A DNA stretch of 41,932 nt from contig CBFHGZ010000003.1 in the NCBI GenBank assembly GCA_965655535.1, positions 680 to 42,611 of the forward strand, in the 5' to 3' direction. The position numbers and the translations under genes were made by a program. The stretch's first letter is position 1; each line of letters begins with the position of its first letter. Origin of the DNA: Candidatus Actinomarina sp. (GTDB lineage Bacteria > Actinomycetota > Acidimicrobiia > Actinomarinales > Actinomarinaceae). The notes under the pieces were generated by a model. It worked only from the letters and a program-made list of their open reading frames with translations. It had not been told where the DNA came from and ran no database searches. This document shows positions 9,504 to 18,650 of this stretch, in pieces.

Positions 9504-9556
9504 AACTTTAAAGCTAGTTATTAGTAATTGTCTCAGTAAAGTTTTAAAATTTAATT

Positions 9557-10630
9557 ATGGAAATGTTTGAATATTTAGCTCTTTTTGCATTGCTTGGATT
9601 CGGGATTTACCAGATCATTCGGACTAATAAATTAAATAATGAGTTTAATAGAGTCAATAACGAGTTAATTAAGTATCAAACATTAGATGAAAACAAAATT
9701 AATTTGGATGATGAAAGTTATCCATTTAATAAAACCTTAAAGGATTTAGAAGAAACAATAGAAAAAATAGATCAGAGTTATGAAGGTTATTTAACCACAA
9801 AAGAGGGTTTTAATAGCAAGCTCGATGATTTGAAAAATGTAACCTCTAGATTAAATCTAACTTTATCAAGCAATCAAAAAAGAGGAAATTGGGGAGAAAT
9901 TCAAGTTGAAAAAATTTTAGAAGACTCAGGTTTAGTTAAAGGTCAAAATTTTGATGCTCAGAAGCCAATGGAATCTGGAAAAATTCCAGATATAACTATT
10001 TATTTGCCAGAGGGTCAAATTTTAAACTTAGATGTTAAATTTCCTTTAAACAACTACATGAGATATCTAGATGTTTTGGAAAAAAGAAGTAATTCTAACG
10101 ATGATTCTGAATATGAATTCTTAGATACAAATGCAAAAAAGTTAAAGAATGATTTTTTGTCAGATGTTAGAAAAAGGGTAGATGAAGTTACTAAAGAAGG
10201 CTACATTGATCCAAAGAACAACACCATAGACTATGCACTGCTATTTGTTCCTGTAGAGGGAATTTTCCAGTTTATAGTTGAAAATGAGCTTGAATTATCC
10301 AATAAAAAAATTGATATTTACAAAGAAGCGATCGAAAAAAATATCATTATGGTCCCTCCATCTTTATTGTTGGTTTATTATTCAACAATTAAAAATGCTG
10401 TAGATACATTTTCTTTACAAGATAAAGCAAAGGATTTAATTGAATTACACAGGATATTTTTAACTCAATGGGAGAAGTACAGACTTCAAATTGAAAGCCT
10501 TCAATCAAACATCACATCTCTTCAGAAGAAATATGATGAATTAACAAATGTAAGAACAAATGAATTATTCAAAGTTGTAGAAAGAATTGATGATCTAAAA
10601 TTTGAAGACTCTGAGAATACCGAAGATTAA
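9557..10630 (+). CDS. rmuC: DNA recombination protein RmuC
   Basis: 357 aa with an N-terminal TM helix, a coiled-coil region, then a RmuC nuclease-like core (RGNWGE..L, PD..I.LP, D.KFPL, VPVEG). Confidence 0.8.
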   Translation: MEMFEYLALFALLGFGIYQIIRTNKLNNEFNRVNNELIKYQTLDENKINLDDESYPFNKTLKDLEETIEKIDQSYEGYLTTKEGFNSKLDDLKNVTSRLNLTLSSNQKRGNWGEIQVEKILEDSGLVKGQNFDAQKPMESGKIPDITIYLPEGQILNLDVKFPLNNYMRYLDVLEKRSNSNDDSEYEFLDTNAKKLKNDFLSDVRKRVDEVTKEGYIDPKNNTIDYALLFVPVEGIFQFIVENELELSNKKIDIYKEAIEKNIIMVPPSLLLVYYSTIKNAVDTFSLQDKAKDLIELHRIFLTQWEKYRLQIESLQSNITSLQKKYDELTNVRTNELFKVVERIDDLKFEDSENTED

Positions 10631-11010
10631 TTAAATTTCGCCTCAACCATGATGCACTTATCATCAATGTAATCTTTATTATTTTCTTTTAATAACAAGG
10701 ATGTGGATTCACTTTCAGCACCAGGTTGATACCAGAAGTTGTTAAATCCTAAAGTTACTAAATCTTTAGTCATTTCGTAACCAATTTGTGGTGGAACAAC
10801 AAAATTTAGAATATCTGGCTTTACACCTATATCTTCAACACTTTTATAACATTTTGTATTTTGAATAAAGTCTTCTTTTTTGTTTACAGGAATTACATTG
10901 AACCCCTTGTTTGTTAAATCAATAAATATTTTGTTTCCGTACTTACTAGGATCATTACTAGCACCAATTAATGCTATGGAAGTATTTTTATCTTTTAAAA
11001 GCTCAATCAA
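10627..11010 (-). CDS. CoA-binding domain protein (YneT/YccU-like)
   Basis: 127 aa with a TTG start directly abutting the upstream stop. The segment IALIGASNDPSKYGNKIF..L...G..V.PVN is typical of the CoA_binding_2 family. Confidence 0.7.
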   Translation of the reverse strand: MIELLKDKNTSIALIGASNDPSKYGNKIFIDLTNKGFNVIPVNKKEDFIQNTKCYKSVEDIGVKPDILNFVVPPQIGYEMTKDLVTLGFNNFWYQPGAESESTSLLLKENNKDYIDDKCIMVEAKFN

Positions 11011-12798
11011 TTAAAAGTTTTCAGCCTTCATTGCGTAGAGCACATCTTTTCCTGCTTTTACAGCTGATGTATAGCCAGAAGCAAGTGGTAACAGTTGTTC
11101 AATATAAAACTTAGATAGAGTTATTTTGTCTAAATAGTACTCGTCGCCAGTTTCTTCATATTTTTTGTTAGCTAGAAGAGCAGCTTTACCCATGTAATAG
11201 CCACCTAATACTTGTCCAAACATTTTCAAATAAGGAGAAGCAGCAGCGCTTGCATCTACAATTTCGCCTTCAAGCATTCTAGATCCTAACCAGAGAGTTA
11301 CTTCAGATAGATTTTGAACCTCGACATCAAGTTTTTCAGCTAAGCCAGCTATTTCTTCAGTACTTGATTTCATTTCTTCTATGACTTTATTTACATCACC
11401 AAGTAATCTCTGCATAGCTTGCCCATTATCAAGAGGAAGCTTTCTAAACATTAAATCTAATGCTTGAATTCCATTTGTACCTTCATAAATTGGCGCAATT
11501 CTTGCATCTCTCATATATTGAGCAATACCAGTTTCTTCAACATAGCCCATTCCACCATAAACTTGAATTGCTATTGAGGTGAGTTCAACACCTAAATCAG
11601 AAACCCAAGCTTTTGTGATTGGAGTTAGTAGACCACAACGCTCTTCACCAAATGCTTTTGTCTCGTCATCACCGAAATATTCCAAATCTAACATCAATTG
11701 GTTATCAAGCATTAAATATCTCATAGCATCTGTATAAGACTTAATGGTCATGAGCATTCTTCTAACATCAGCATGGTCAATAATTGTAGAATTTTTTGCA
11801 TCTTCTTTAGACATACCTACAGGTCTTCCCTGAACTCTATCTCTCGCATACTGTGCAGCACCTTGAAGAGCACCAGAAGCACAGGCTAATCCTTGTCCAC
11901 CAACCCAGATTCTTGCCTCGTTCATCATAGTAAACATATATGAAAGACCTCTATTTGCTTCTCCAACCAAATAACCAGTTGAACCGTCGTATTCCATTAC
12001 ACATGTTGGACTAGCGTGGATACCTAGCTTTTCCTCTATTGATATACAACTAACATTGTTCTTGTCGCCTAAAGTTCCGTCGTCATTAACAATAAATTTT
12101 GGAACTATAAACATCGAAATTCCCTTAGTGCCCTCAGGAGATCCTGGGATTTTAGCGAGAACTAAATGAATAATGTTTTCGGTCATGTCGTGCTCTCCGA
12201 ATGTTATCCACACTTTGGTTCCAGAAATTTTGTAAGTACCATCATCTTGAGGTTCTGCTTTTGTGGTAATCGTGCCTAAGTCAGATCCTGACTGTGGTTC
12301 ACTTAGATTCATTGTTCCTGTCCACTTACCAGATACAAGGTTAGGTAAAAATTTATCTTTTTGTTCTTGGCTTCCATGAAAGTTGATTGCTGAAATAGCT
12401 CCAGCACTTAATCCAGGTGCTAACCCAAAAGCTAAGTTTGCAGTACTTAAAATTTCTAAAGTTCCTCCAGATAAAACAATTGGCATACCACCACCACCAA
12501 TTTCTGTTGGTAGAGAAATTGATGCCCAGCCAGCTTCTGCAAATTTTTGATAAGCTTCTACAAATTCCTCTGGCATAGATACAATTCCATCACTGATGGT
12601 TGCACCTTGTTGATCTCCTAATGCATTAATAGGAGCTAATACTTCTTCAGCAAATTTTCCACATTCTTCCATAGTTGGAATAACAATATCTTCTGAGAAA
12701 TCACTGAACGTTGAAATTTTTGAGATTACGTCATATGAGTCAATGACCTCATAACCAAAAACAATGTCTTTGACGGGAGCTTTAAAATCTACTGCCAT
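11011..12798 (-). CDS. Large acyl-CoA dehydrogenase (FadE-type, about 600 aa with extra C-terminal domain)
   Basis: 595 aa. ACAD motifs include TEPQSGSDL-like (SEPQSGSDLG), YEGTNGIQALDL, and an extended C-terminal helical domain. Confidence 0.85.
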   Translation of the reverse strand: MAVDFKAPVKDIVFGYEVIDSYDVISKISTFSDFSEDIVIPTMEECGKFAEEVLAPINALGDQQGATISDGIVSMPEEFVEAYQKFAEAGWASISLPTEIGGGGMPIVLSGGTLEILSTANLAFGLAPGLSAGAISAINFHGSQEQKDKFLPNLVSGKWTGTMNLSEPQSGSDLGTITTKAEPQDDGTYKISGTKVWITFGEHDMTENIIHLVLAKIPGSPEGTKGISMFIVPKFIVNDDGTLGDKNNVSCISIEEKLGIHASPTCVMEYDGSTGYLVGEANRGLSYMFTMMNEARIWVGGQGLACASGALQGAAQYARDRVQGRPVGMSKEDAKNSTIIDHADVRRMLMTIKSYTDAMRYLMLDNQLMLDLEYFGDDETKAFGEERCGLLTPITKAWVSDLGVELTSIAIQVYGGMGYVEETGIAQYMRDARIAPIYEGTNGIQALDLMFRKLPLDNGQAMQRLLGDVNKVIEEMKSSTEEIAGLAEKLDVEVQNLSEVTLWLGSRMLEGEIVDASAAASPYLKMFGQVLGGYYMGKAALLANKKYEETGDEYYLDKITLSKFYIEQLLPLASGYTSAVKAGKDVLYAMKAENF

Positions 12799-12836
12799 GA
12801 ATATATATCATATCACTTTACGCTAAAAATGAAAAA

Positions 12837-13691
12837 TTAGCGGGGCTTAACTTCAACTAGTTTTGCAATATCTTTAATTTTTTCTAAGTTAGGAAAATCA
12901 GTTGTTCCTGCAACAATAGCTCCTGCCGCACAAGCCTCTTTTATAGTATTGAGTAAATCATCAGTACCGAATGCACCTATGTATGCTGCAGTGGTATCTC
13001 CAGCTCCATTTGCATTAATCGTTTTAAATTCAGGAGGAACTATTTCTATTGCACCCTCTTGACTAATTAATCTTGCAGGTAAGTTTGAAGATGTAAGTAA
13101 AATATTTTTTACCAATCCACTATCAATTAATTCTTCAGTTTTTTGAACTGTAATTTCATCTTTACTAACTACAAGAAAATCAATAACATAATTAATTTCT
13201 GTTTCAAACCCTGCCTGCAGAATAAATAGGTTAGGGTTTTCTGATTTAATATTTTTTAACTGATCCCCAATAAATTTTACAGAGTAACGGTCAATTATTA
13301 ATGAATCAAAGCTTTCTAAGTTTTGAAAACTACTCCACTCCAGATTTGAATATCCAGATGAAATTATTGTTCTCTCACCAGTTTCATCCACCAAAATAGA
13401 GCAAGTTGGTGTGTTAATTTTCCTTCTAAGTACGTTGCCTGTAAAAATATTTCTTGAACCAGCATACCCCAAAACATAATCGCCTAAACTATCTTCTCCA
13501 ATACTGTTACCTCGAATTTCTGCATCAAAACCCCACTCAACTATTTTTTCAGCACAATTTATTGCTGTGCCTCCGACTCTTACTTGATAATCTTTGCTTC
13601 GAATATCCCCGCCTGGTTTAGGGATTGAATCTATGAAGTAAATTAAATCTGGGTTAATGGTACCGAAACACAGAATTTTATTTTTTGACAT
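12837..13691 (-). CDS. PfkB-family carbohydrate kinase (ribokinase-like)
   Basis: 284 aa. It has an N-terminal G..N.D motif and the C-terminal NANGAGDTTAAYIGAF ATP-binding/anion-hole motif of PfkB kinases. Confidence 0.8.
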   Translation of the reverse strand: MSKNKILCFGTINPDLIYFIDSIPKPGGDIRSKDYQVRVGGTAINCAEKIVEWGFDAEIRGNSIGEDSLGDYVLGYAGSRNIFTGNVLRRKINTPTCSILVDETGERTIISSGYSNLEWSSFQNLESFDSLIIDRYSVKFIGDQLKNIKSENPNLFILQAGFETEINYVIDFLVVSKDEITVQKTEELIDSGLVKNILLTSSNLPARLISQEGAIEIVPPEFKTINANGAGDTTAAYIGAFGTDDLLNTIKEACAAGAIVAGTTDFPNLEKIKDIAKLVEVKPR

Positions 13692-13709
13692 GGTTTAATA
13701 TTAGTCTTT

Positions 13710-14273
13710 ATGGGAAATCCACTAGCACAATCTCGACTACTAATTATTTTGACGATTGTTTACAACATCGTCGAAGGAATAATTGCATTATATTTTGGAT
13801 ATCAAACCAACAGCACCTCACTTTTAGGATTTGGATTTGATAGCACCATTGAAATTACTGCTTCGATTATTGCTTTATGGGGAATAAGTGGTGGAAAGAA
13901 AAATGAAAAAATTTCAGAAAGGCTAATTGCATACTCTTTTATTTTATTGATAGTATTTATTGCTACAAAGTCAATGTTTGACTTAGTAAATTTAAATAAA
14001 CCAGAAGCAAGTATTTATGGAATCCTAATTGCTATCTTGTCAATATTAGTTGAAGGTCCTCTTGCGTATAAAAAATTAAAAATAGGTAAAGAGCTTCAAA
14101 ACAATGTACTGATTGCAGAAGCAAAAGAAACTTTGTTTTGTTTAAATTTATCGATATTAGTAATTCTTGGTGTCGGAGTTAATTATCTATTTGGAATTTG
14201 GTATTTTGACCCAATAGCTGCTTTGCTAATGATACCGTGGCTTTTTTACGAGTTTAAAAACCACATTAACTAA
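13710..14273 (+). CDS. Cation-efflux-like membrane protein (CDF transmembrane domain only)
   Basis: 187 aa with about 5-6 TM helices. The N-terminal pattern NIVEGIIALYFGYQTNSTSLLGFGFDS resembles CDF TM1-TM2. It lacks the cytoplasmic C-terminal domain. Confidence 0.5.
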   Translation: MGNPLAQSRLLIILTIVYNIVEGIIALYFGYQTNSTSLLGFGFDSTIEITASIIALWGISGGKKNEKISERLIAYSFILLIVFIATKSMFDLVNLNKPEASIYGILIAILSILVEGPLAYKKLKIGKELQNNVLIAEAKETLFCLNLSILVILGVGVNYLFGIWYFDPIAALLMIPWLFYEFKNHIN

Positions 14274-16237
14274 ACAAGACCACTAATAATTGCTCCCAAT
14301 GCTAGAACTATAATGTAGCTAATTAGTCCACCAAAAATTGCCCCGAGCTTTAATCCTCTAGAAATCTTGCTTGGTCCAGCTAAATGGTAAATTAGAACTC
14401 CTAAAAATGGAACCAAATACACAATTGCTAACCAAATATATTTCATAGACCCCTGGGTTTTTTCATTTATATCAATATCTTTGATTGCCAAGGCTGCCCA
14501 TGCAGCATATAGAACAAATGGCATTAGGTATCCATAAAGTTGGAATAGTAATTGCCATATAGTTGGACTTGAAATTGGTACACCACTCATAATTATCTCC
14601 TTATCTGCTTTGTAGTATGTATCTAAATTTTCGTCTAAAAGTTGGTATGGAAGTTCAATACTCTCTAGGTCAGGGACATAAAATAAATTAACAGCTGGTG
14701 ACGGTTGATTTATATTCTCAAAAGGCATGTTGGTTTGCTCTTTTGGCCAAGGATATTCTTTATATCTATTCTTATCTAGTTCTGAAGTTTGTGCATCAGC
14801 AAAAAAACCTGCAAGAAGCATCAAACCTGATGGATCCCCTTGTAATGGAAATCTAGCAAATAGACCAGATGAGTTAATGTCTGAACACTTATGAACTTGT
14901 TCTAGGAGAGGAGGGGTACTAGTTTGATACACGTTACCTTCAAAACAATTTCCTGGACCCCAAGGTCCTGCAAGTGCAAGATCTGTATACCCTGAGTCAA
15001 GTACAACATTATCTTTTATTTGTACATGTTGTGAAAAATATAAGTTTGCATCCAACATTGGGCTTGCAACAATTCCGTATCTATCATGATTAACTACTAT
15101 ATTTTTTTCAATTATGTCACCAACTCTTCCTGGCGCAACTATTCCCATACCTTTTGCAACAAGACCAAATCTATTTGTAGGTGCTTCATAATTATTATTA
15201 TCAATAACAAGATTGCCAATTATTGTAGTTTCTCTTCCTGGGGGATTAAGTTCTGAATCTAGAGTATTTGGAACAATTCCTGACATATTATCTCTCCAAA
15301 TGTTGTTATAAAGATAAAGATGACCACCAGCATTTGTGCCTGAATAGCCAAGAGCATTTCCCTCAATTACATTGTCATATATGAGTGAGTTACAGGGGTA
15401 ACACTGACCTATGTAGATTCCACTATCTGGATGTCCTGAAGCGTAAATATTGTCAAAAATACCATCTGTGGAGTTAAAAGCATAAACTCCATAATCACCA
15501 TTGTTATAAACTGTTAAATAAGAACCCTTGAAGCCTTTTGAGGTGTTCCAATAAACTCCATTTAGTGAAAAATTTCTTACGGATAAGTTTTCAACCGAAA
15601 CTCCATCTGTGTCGTATATTTGAATTCCGTTCTCTCTCATGAATTCACCATCAATAATTACTTTATTTCTATCTACACCACGTATCGTGAGATAAGAAGT
15701 TGTTACAGTAACGCTTTCGTTATAAACCCCATTTTCAATAAGTATTAAATCACCTTCGATTGCTGCATCAACTGCATCTTGAATTTTTGTAAATTGCTCA
15801 TTTTTACCTACTCGTAAAACGTCTTCGCTTAATTCAACAATAATCTTCTCTTCTGGAGCAGAATATTCAACATCTCCTACGATTACTGTTCCGACCATTC
15901 CTTTGTTATTTGTTCCGTGGTATGGGCAATAATATTCATAAACACCTGGTTCGTTAAAAGTATGTTCATACTGATCTCCCTTAGTGATAATTCCATATTC
16001 AAAGTAGTCAGAAGATATAGCTTGCCAAGTTCCATCACTAGCAATTACGTTATGATTATTTGCTCCTCCTGATTCCCAAATTACAGTAGTGCCAGGTTCT
16101 ACCCTTATGACTTTTGGAGAAAATTCATCATCTACAACTTTAACAATTTGAGGGTCAAGACTAGTAGCCTCTTGGGAACCACATGCAGCTATAAAAATCA
16201 TTAGAAGAAAAATTGAATAGTAACGAATTTTTTCCAT
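14270..16237 (-). CDS. Lipoprotein with N-terminal type-1 copper (cupredoxin) domain, central right-handed parallel beta-helix (NosD-like) region and C-terminal TM/PLDc_N-like segment
   Basis: The signal peptide carries the lipobox IAAC (Cys19). Cupredoxin ligand spacing is H62...C104-P-Y-H107...M114 (YYCPYHGTNNKGM). Repetitive N/G/I-rich beta-helix repeats follow (about aa 140-440). The C-terminus WAALAIKDI...KYIWLAIVYLVPFLGVLIYHLAG matches the PLDc_N two-helix motif. Confidence 0.7.
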   Translation of the reverse strand: MEKIRYYSIFLLMIFIAACGSQEATSLDPQIVKVVDDEFSPKVIRVEPGTTVIWESGGANNHNVIASDGTWQAISSDYFEYGIITKGDQYEHTFNEPGVYEYYCPYHGTNNKGMVGTVIVGDVEYSAPEEKIIVELSEDVLRVGKNEQFTKIQDAVDAAIEGDLILIENGVYNESVTVTTSYLTIRGVDRNKVIIDGEFMRENGIQIYDTDGVSVENLSVRNFSLNGVYWNTSKGFKGSYLTVYNNGDYGVYAFNSTDGIFDNIYASGHPDSGIYIGQCYPCNSLIYDNVIEGNALGYSGTNAGGHLYLYNNIWRDNMSGIVPNTLDSELNPPGRETTIIGNLVIDNNNYEAPTNRFGLVAKGMGIVAPGRVGDIIEKNIVVNHDRYGIVASPMLDANLYFSQHVQIKDNVVLDSGYTDLALAGPWGPGNCFEGNVYQTSTPPLLEQVHKCSDINSSGLFARFPLQGDPSGLMLLAGFFADAQTSELDKNRYKEYPWPKEQTNMPFENINQPSPAVNLFYVPDLESIELPYQLLDENLDTYYKADKEIIMSGVPISSPTIWQLLFQLYGYLMPFVLYAAWAALAIKDIDINEKTQGSMKYIWLAIVYLVPFLGVLIYHLAGPSKISRGLKLGAIFGGLISYIIVLALGAIISGLV

Positions 16238-16299
16238 AACAAATTTTACCTTTCAGATGTTAGGGCGTCCATTTTTGTAGATTCTATTATTATGTAGTT

Positions 16300-16530
16300 A
16301 TGGACAATGAAAGATATCCAACTCAAAAAAAACAATGGGTTTGTCCCAAGTGTGATAGTTCTTCTTTCACAGAAGATGTAGTCACAATGACAGGCAAATC
16401 ATTTTCAAGATTCATGAATATTCAGAATCGTAAATTTTCTGCAATTACCTGTAATGAATGTTCATTTACAGAGTTTTACAAAGGTGAATCTAAAGGTTGG
16501 GAAAGCGTAATCGACTTTTTAGGTAATTAA
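16300..16530 (+). CDS. Small zinc-ribbon protein
   Basis: 76 aa with two CxxC pairs (CPKC ... CNEC), of the DUF2082-like Zn-ribbon type. It shares a TTAA stop overlap with the convergent SDR gene. Confidence 0.5.
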   Translation: MDNERYPTQKKQWVCPKCDSSSFTEDVVTMTGKSFSRFMNIQNRKFSAITCNECSFTEFYKGESKGWESVIDFLGN

Positions 16531-17375
16531 GCTTGTATCCAGTCTTCTGGATTATCATCAACAAAAAAATCAGAAACCAATGTAGCTTCTGGATCTATTG
16601 CATATTGATCAAAGTCAGTAACACCTTCTTCTTCAAGAACATCTTGATCAAGAAAGAAATTTCCTGTACATTCTTTTGAATCTCTTTTTAGAACTGCATA
16701 TGCAGCATCAGCATATATTGATGGTTTTCTGGAACCTTTTATCAATTCAGCACCAATAACATTTCTTACAGCTGCAGTATCTAAAGATGTTCTTGGCCAC
16801 AAACAGTTAGATGCAATACCATATTTACCTAGTTCTTCAGCTAGACCATGTGCTACAAGAGACATGCCATACTTTGCTGTTGTATATGCAAGAGTGATTC
16901 CAAACCATTTCCTCGCTATGTCAATAGGTGGAGATAAGGTCAATATGTGTGGGTTATTTCCATTTTTAAGATAAGGGATGCATTTTTGACTAAACATAAA
17001 TGTACCTCTTACGTTTATGTTGTGCATAAGATCGTATCTCTTCATGGGAGTATTTTCAGTATCTGTTAAATGTATAGCACTAGCATTATTAATGCAGATA
17101 TCAATACCACCAAACTCGTTTGCTGCTTGGTCTACAGCATTTTGGACTTGATCTTCAAATCTAATATCACAAACTATAGGTAACGCTTTACCTCCCACAG
17201 CTTCAATTTCTTCAGCAGCTGTATAAATAGTTCCGGGTAATGTAGGATGCGGTTCAGTTGTTTTTGCAAGAATGGCAATATTTGCGCCATCTTTTCCAAG
17301 TGCTTTAGCTATTTCTAAACCAACACCTCTTGAGCCACCACTTATAATTACTGTTTTATCTTTAAAATTTGTCAT
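16527..17375 (-). CDS. SDR-family NAD(P)-dependent oxidoreductase
   Basis: 282 aa with the Rossmann motif SGGSRGVG, NNAS, and the catalytic YTTAK (YxxxK). Confidence 0.85.
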   Translation of the reverse strand: MTNFKDKTVIISGGSRGVGLEIAKALGKDGANIAILAKTTEPHPTLPGTIYTAAEEIEAVGGKALPIVCDIRFEDQVQNAVDQAANEFGGIDICINNASAIHLTDTENTPMKRYDLMHNINVRGTFMFSQKCIPYLKNGNNPHILTLSPPIDIARKWFGITLAYTTAKYGMSLVAHGLAEELGKYGIASNCLWPRTSLDTAAVRNVIGAELIKGSRKPSIYADAAYAVLKRDSKECTGNFFLDQDVLEEEGVTDFDQYAIDPEATLVSDFFVDDNPEDWIQA

Positions 17376-17387
17376 GAAGTAATTTTA

Positions 17388-18647
17388 TTAAAATTGTTCA
17401 GTTTCTGTAGAGTCTTTTGTGGATAATAAGTTTGAGTTTTCACCTAATAAAATTTCACCAATTGTTTCATAGTAATTTCCACCAACTTCTTGTTGATGTT
17501 TTATTGCAGTGTAACCTTCCTCGCTTAATTTAAAACCTAATTCTTGTAACTTAACGATCGCACTCATGTCTCCACCTTTAAATTCTTTACCTAGTTGGTA
17601 CATTGAGCTTGATAATGAATGAAATCCTGCCAACGAGACAAATTGCAATTTATATCCATAAGAGGATAGTTTTTCTTGAAAGGTTTTAATTTCTTCGTCT
17701 GTAAATTTATCAACCCAATTGAAAGAAGGTGAGCAGTTGTATGCTAATATTTTTTGAGGATATTTTGATTTTATTTCATCAGCAAATTCTTTTGCAAACC
17801 CTAAGTCAGGATTATTGGTTTCACACCAAATTACGTCTGCAATTTCTGCATAAGCCAAAGATTTTGTTATCGCTAACTCTTGATTGTTTTCGATTAAATA
17901 GTAACCATCTTCGGTTCGTTTATTCGAAATAAATGGTTTGTCTCTTTCGTCAAAATCAGAAGTTATTAATTTAGCAGTTAAAGCATCTGTCCTAGCAATT
18001 ATTACTAAAGGAACTCCAGCTACATCTGCACTCAATCTTGAAGCAGCAAGTTTTTTAAGATATTCCCCAGTTGGAATGACAACCTTTCCACCCATATGCC
18101 CACATTTTTTTTCTGCAGCTAGTTGATCTTCAAAATGAATTCCCGCCAGTCCTGAAGCGATAAATTGTTGAGTTAGATTGTAAACATTATAAATTCCGCC
18201 AAACCCCGACTCAGCATCTGCAACAACCGGTGGTAGATAGGAAACTTTTTTCTCCGTCATGATTCTTAATAGAGTGTTGTTAATTTTTTGGACAAAATCT
18301 GGCCCACTGTTTGACGGGTATAAAGACAGGTCAGGATAGGTATTTACACCGTTATTACTTTCAGCTGCTACTTGCCATCCGCTCACATAAATCATTTCAT
18401 AATTTAAGTTGTATAGCTGAGCTGCTTGTTGAGCAGTAGCTACACCTAAACTTGATACCCATTGATCATCTCTGTTTAATAGATCCCAAAGATTTTTTGA
18501 ACCAAATTCAGAAAGTGTATAGGAAACTTGTATTGGAGGCCTTAGTTTACTGATGTCTTCTGGGCTGTAAGTTCTTTTAACATCACTCCATCTGTTGTTG
18601 GAAAGAAAGTCTTGAATATTTTTTAAAGAATTGAACTCAAGATTCAT
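17388..18647 (-). CDS. aceA: Isocitrate lyase
   Basis: 419 aa with the ICL signature KKCGHMGGK. The overall length and motifs (EDQ, ARTDA) fit bacterial AceA. Confidence 0.9.
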   Translation of the reverse strand: MNLEFNSLKNIQDFLSNNRWSDVKRTYSPEDISKLRPPIQVSYTLSEFGSKNLWDLLNRDDQWVSSLGVATAQQAAQLYNLNYEMIYVSGWQVAAESNNGVNTYPDLSLYPSNSGPDFVQKINNTLLRIMTEKKVSYLPPVVADAESGFGGIYNVYNLTQQFIASGLAGIHFEDQLAAEKKCGHMGGKVVIPTGEYLKKLAASRLSADVAGVPLVIIARTDALTAKLITSDFDERDKPFISNKRTEDGYYLIENNQELAITKSLAYAEIADVIWCETNNPDLGFAKEFADEIKSKYPQKILAYNCSPSFNWVDKFTDEEIKTFQEKLSSYGYKLQFVSLAGFHSLSSSMYQLGKEFKGGDMSAIVKLQELGFKLSEEGYTAIKHQQEVGGNYYETIGEILLGENSNLLSTKDSTETEQF

Positions 18648-18650
18648 TTA

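Noticed and set aside
9503-9544. Inverted repeat AAACTTTA (9503-9510) / TAAAGTTT (9537-9544) after the glycosyltransferase gene, as an intrinsic terminator.
   Set aside because: The stem is almost entirely A/T, the loop is about 26 nt and there is no clean U-tract. Such pairings are expected by chance in this composition.
12821-12842. Hairpin CGCTAA-N10-TTAGCG overlapping the PfkB stop codon (minus strand), as a terminator between the kinase and the acyl-CoA dehydrogenase.
   Set aside because: The stem is only 6 bp with a 10-nt A-rich loop and no following U-run on the transcribed strand. This is not enough to call a terminator.
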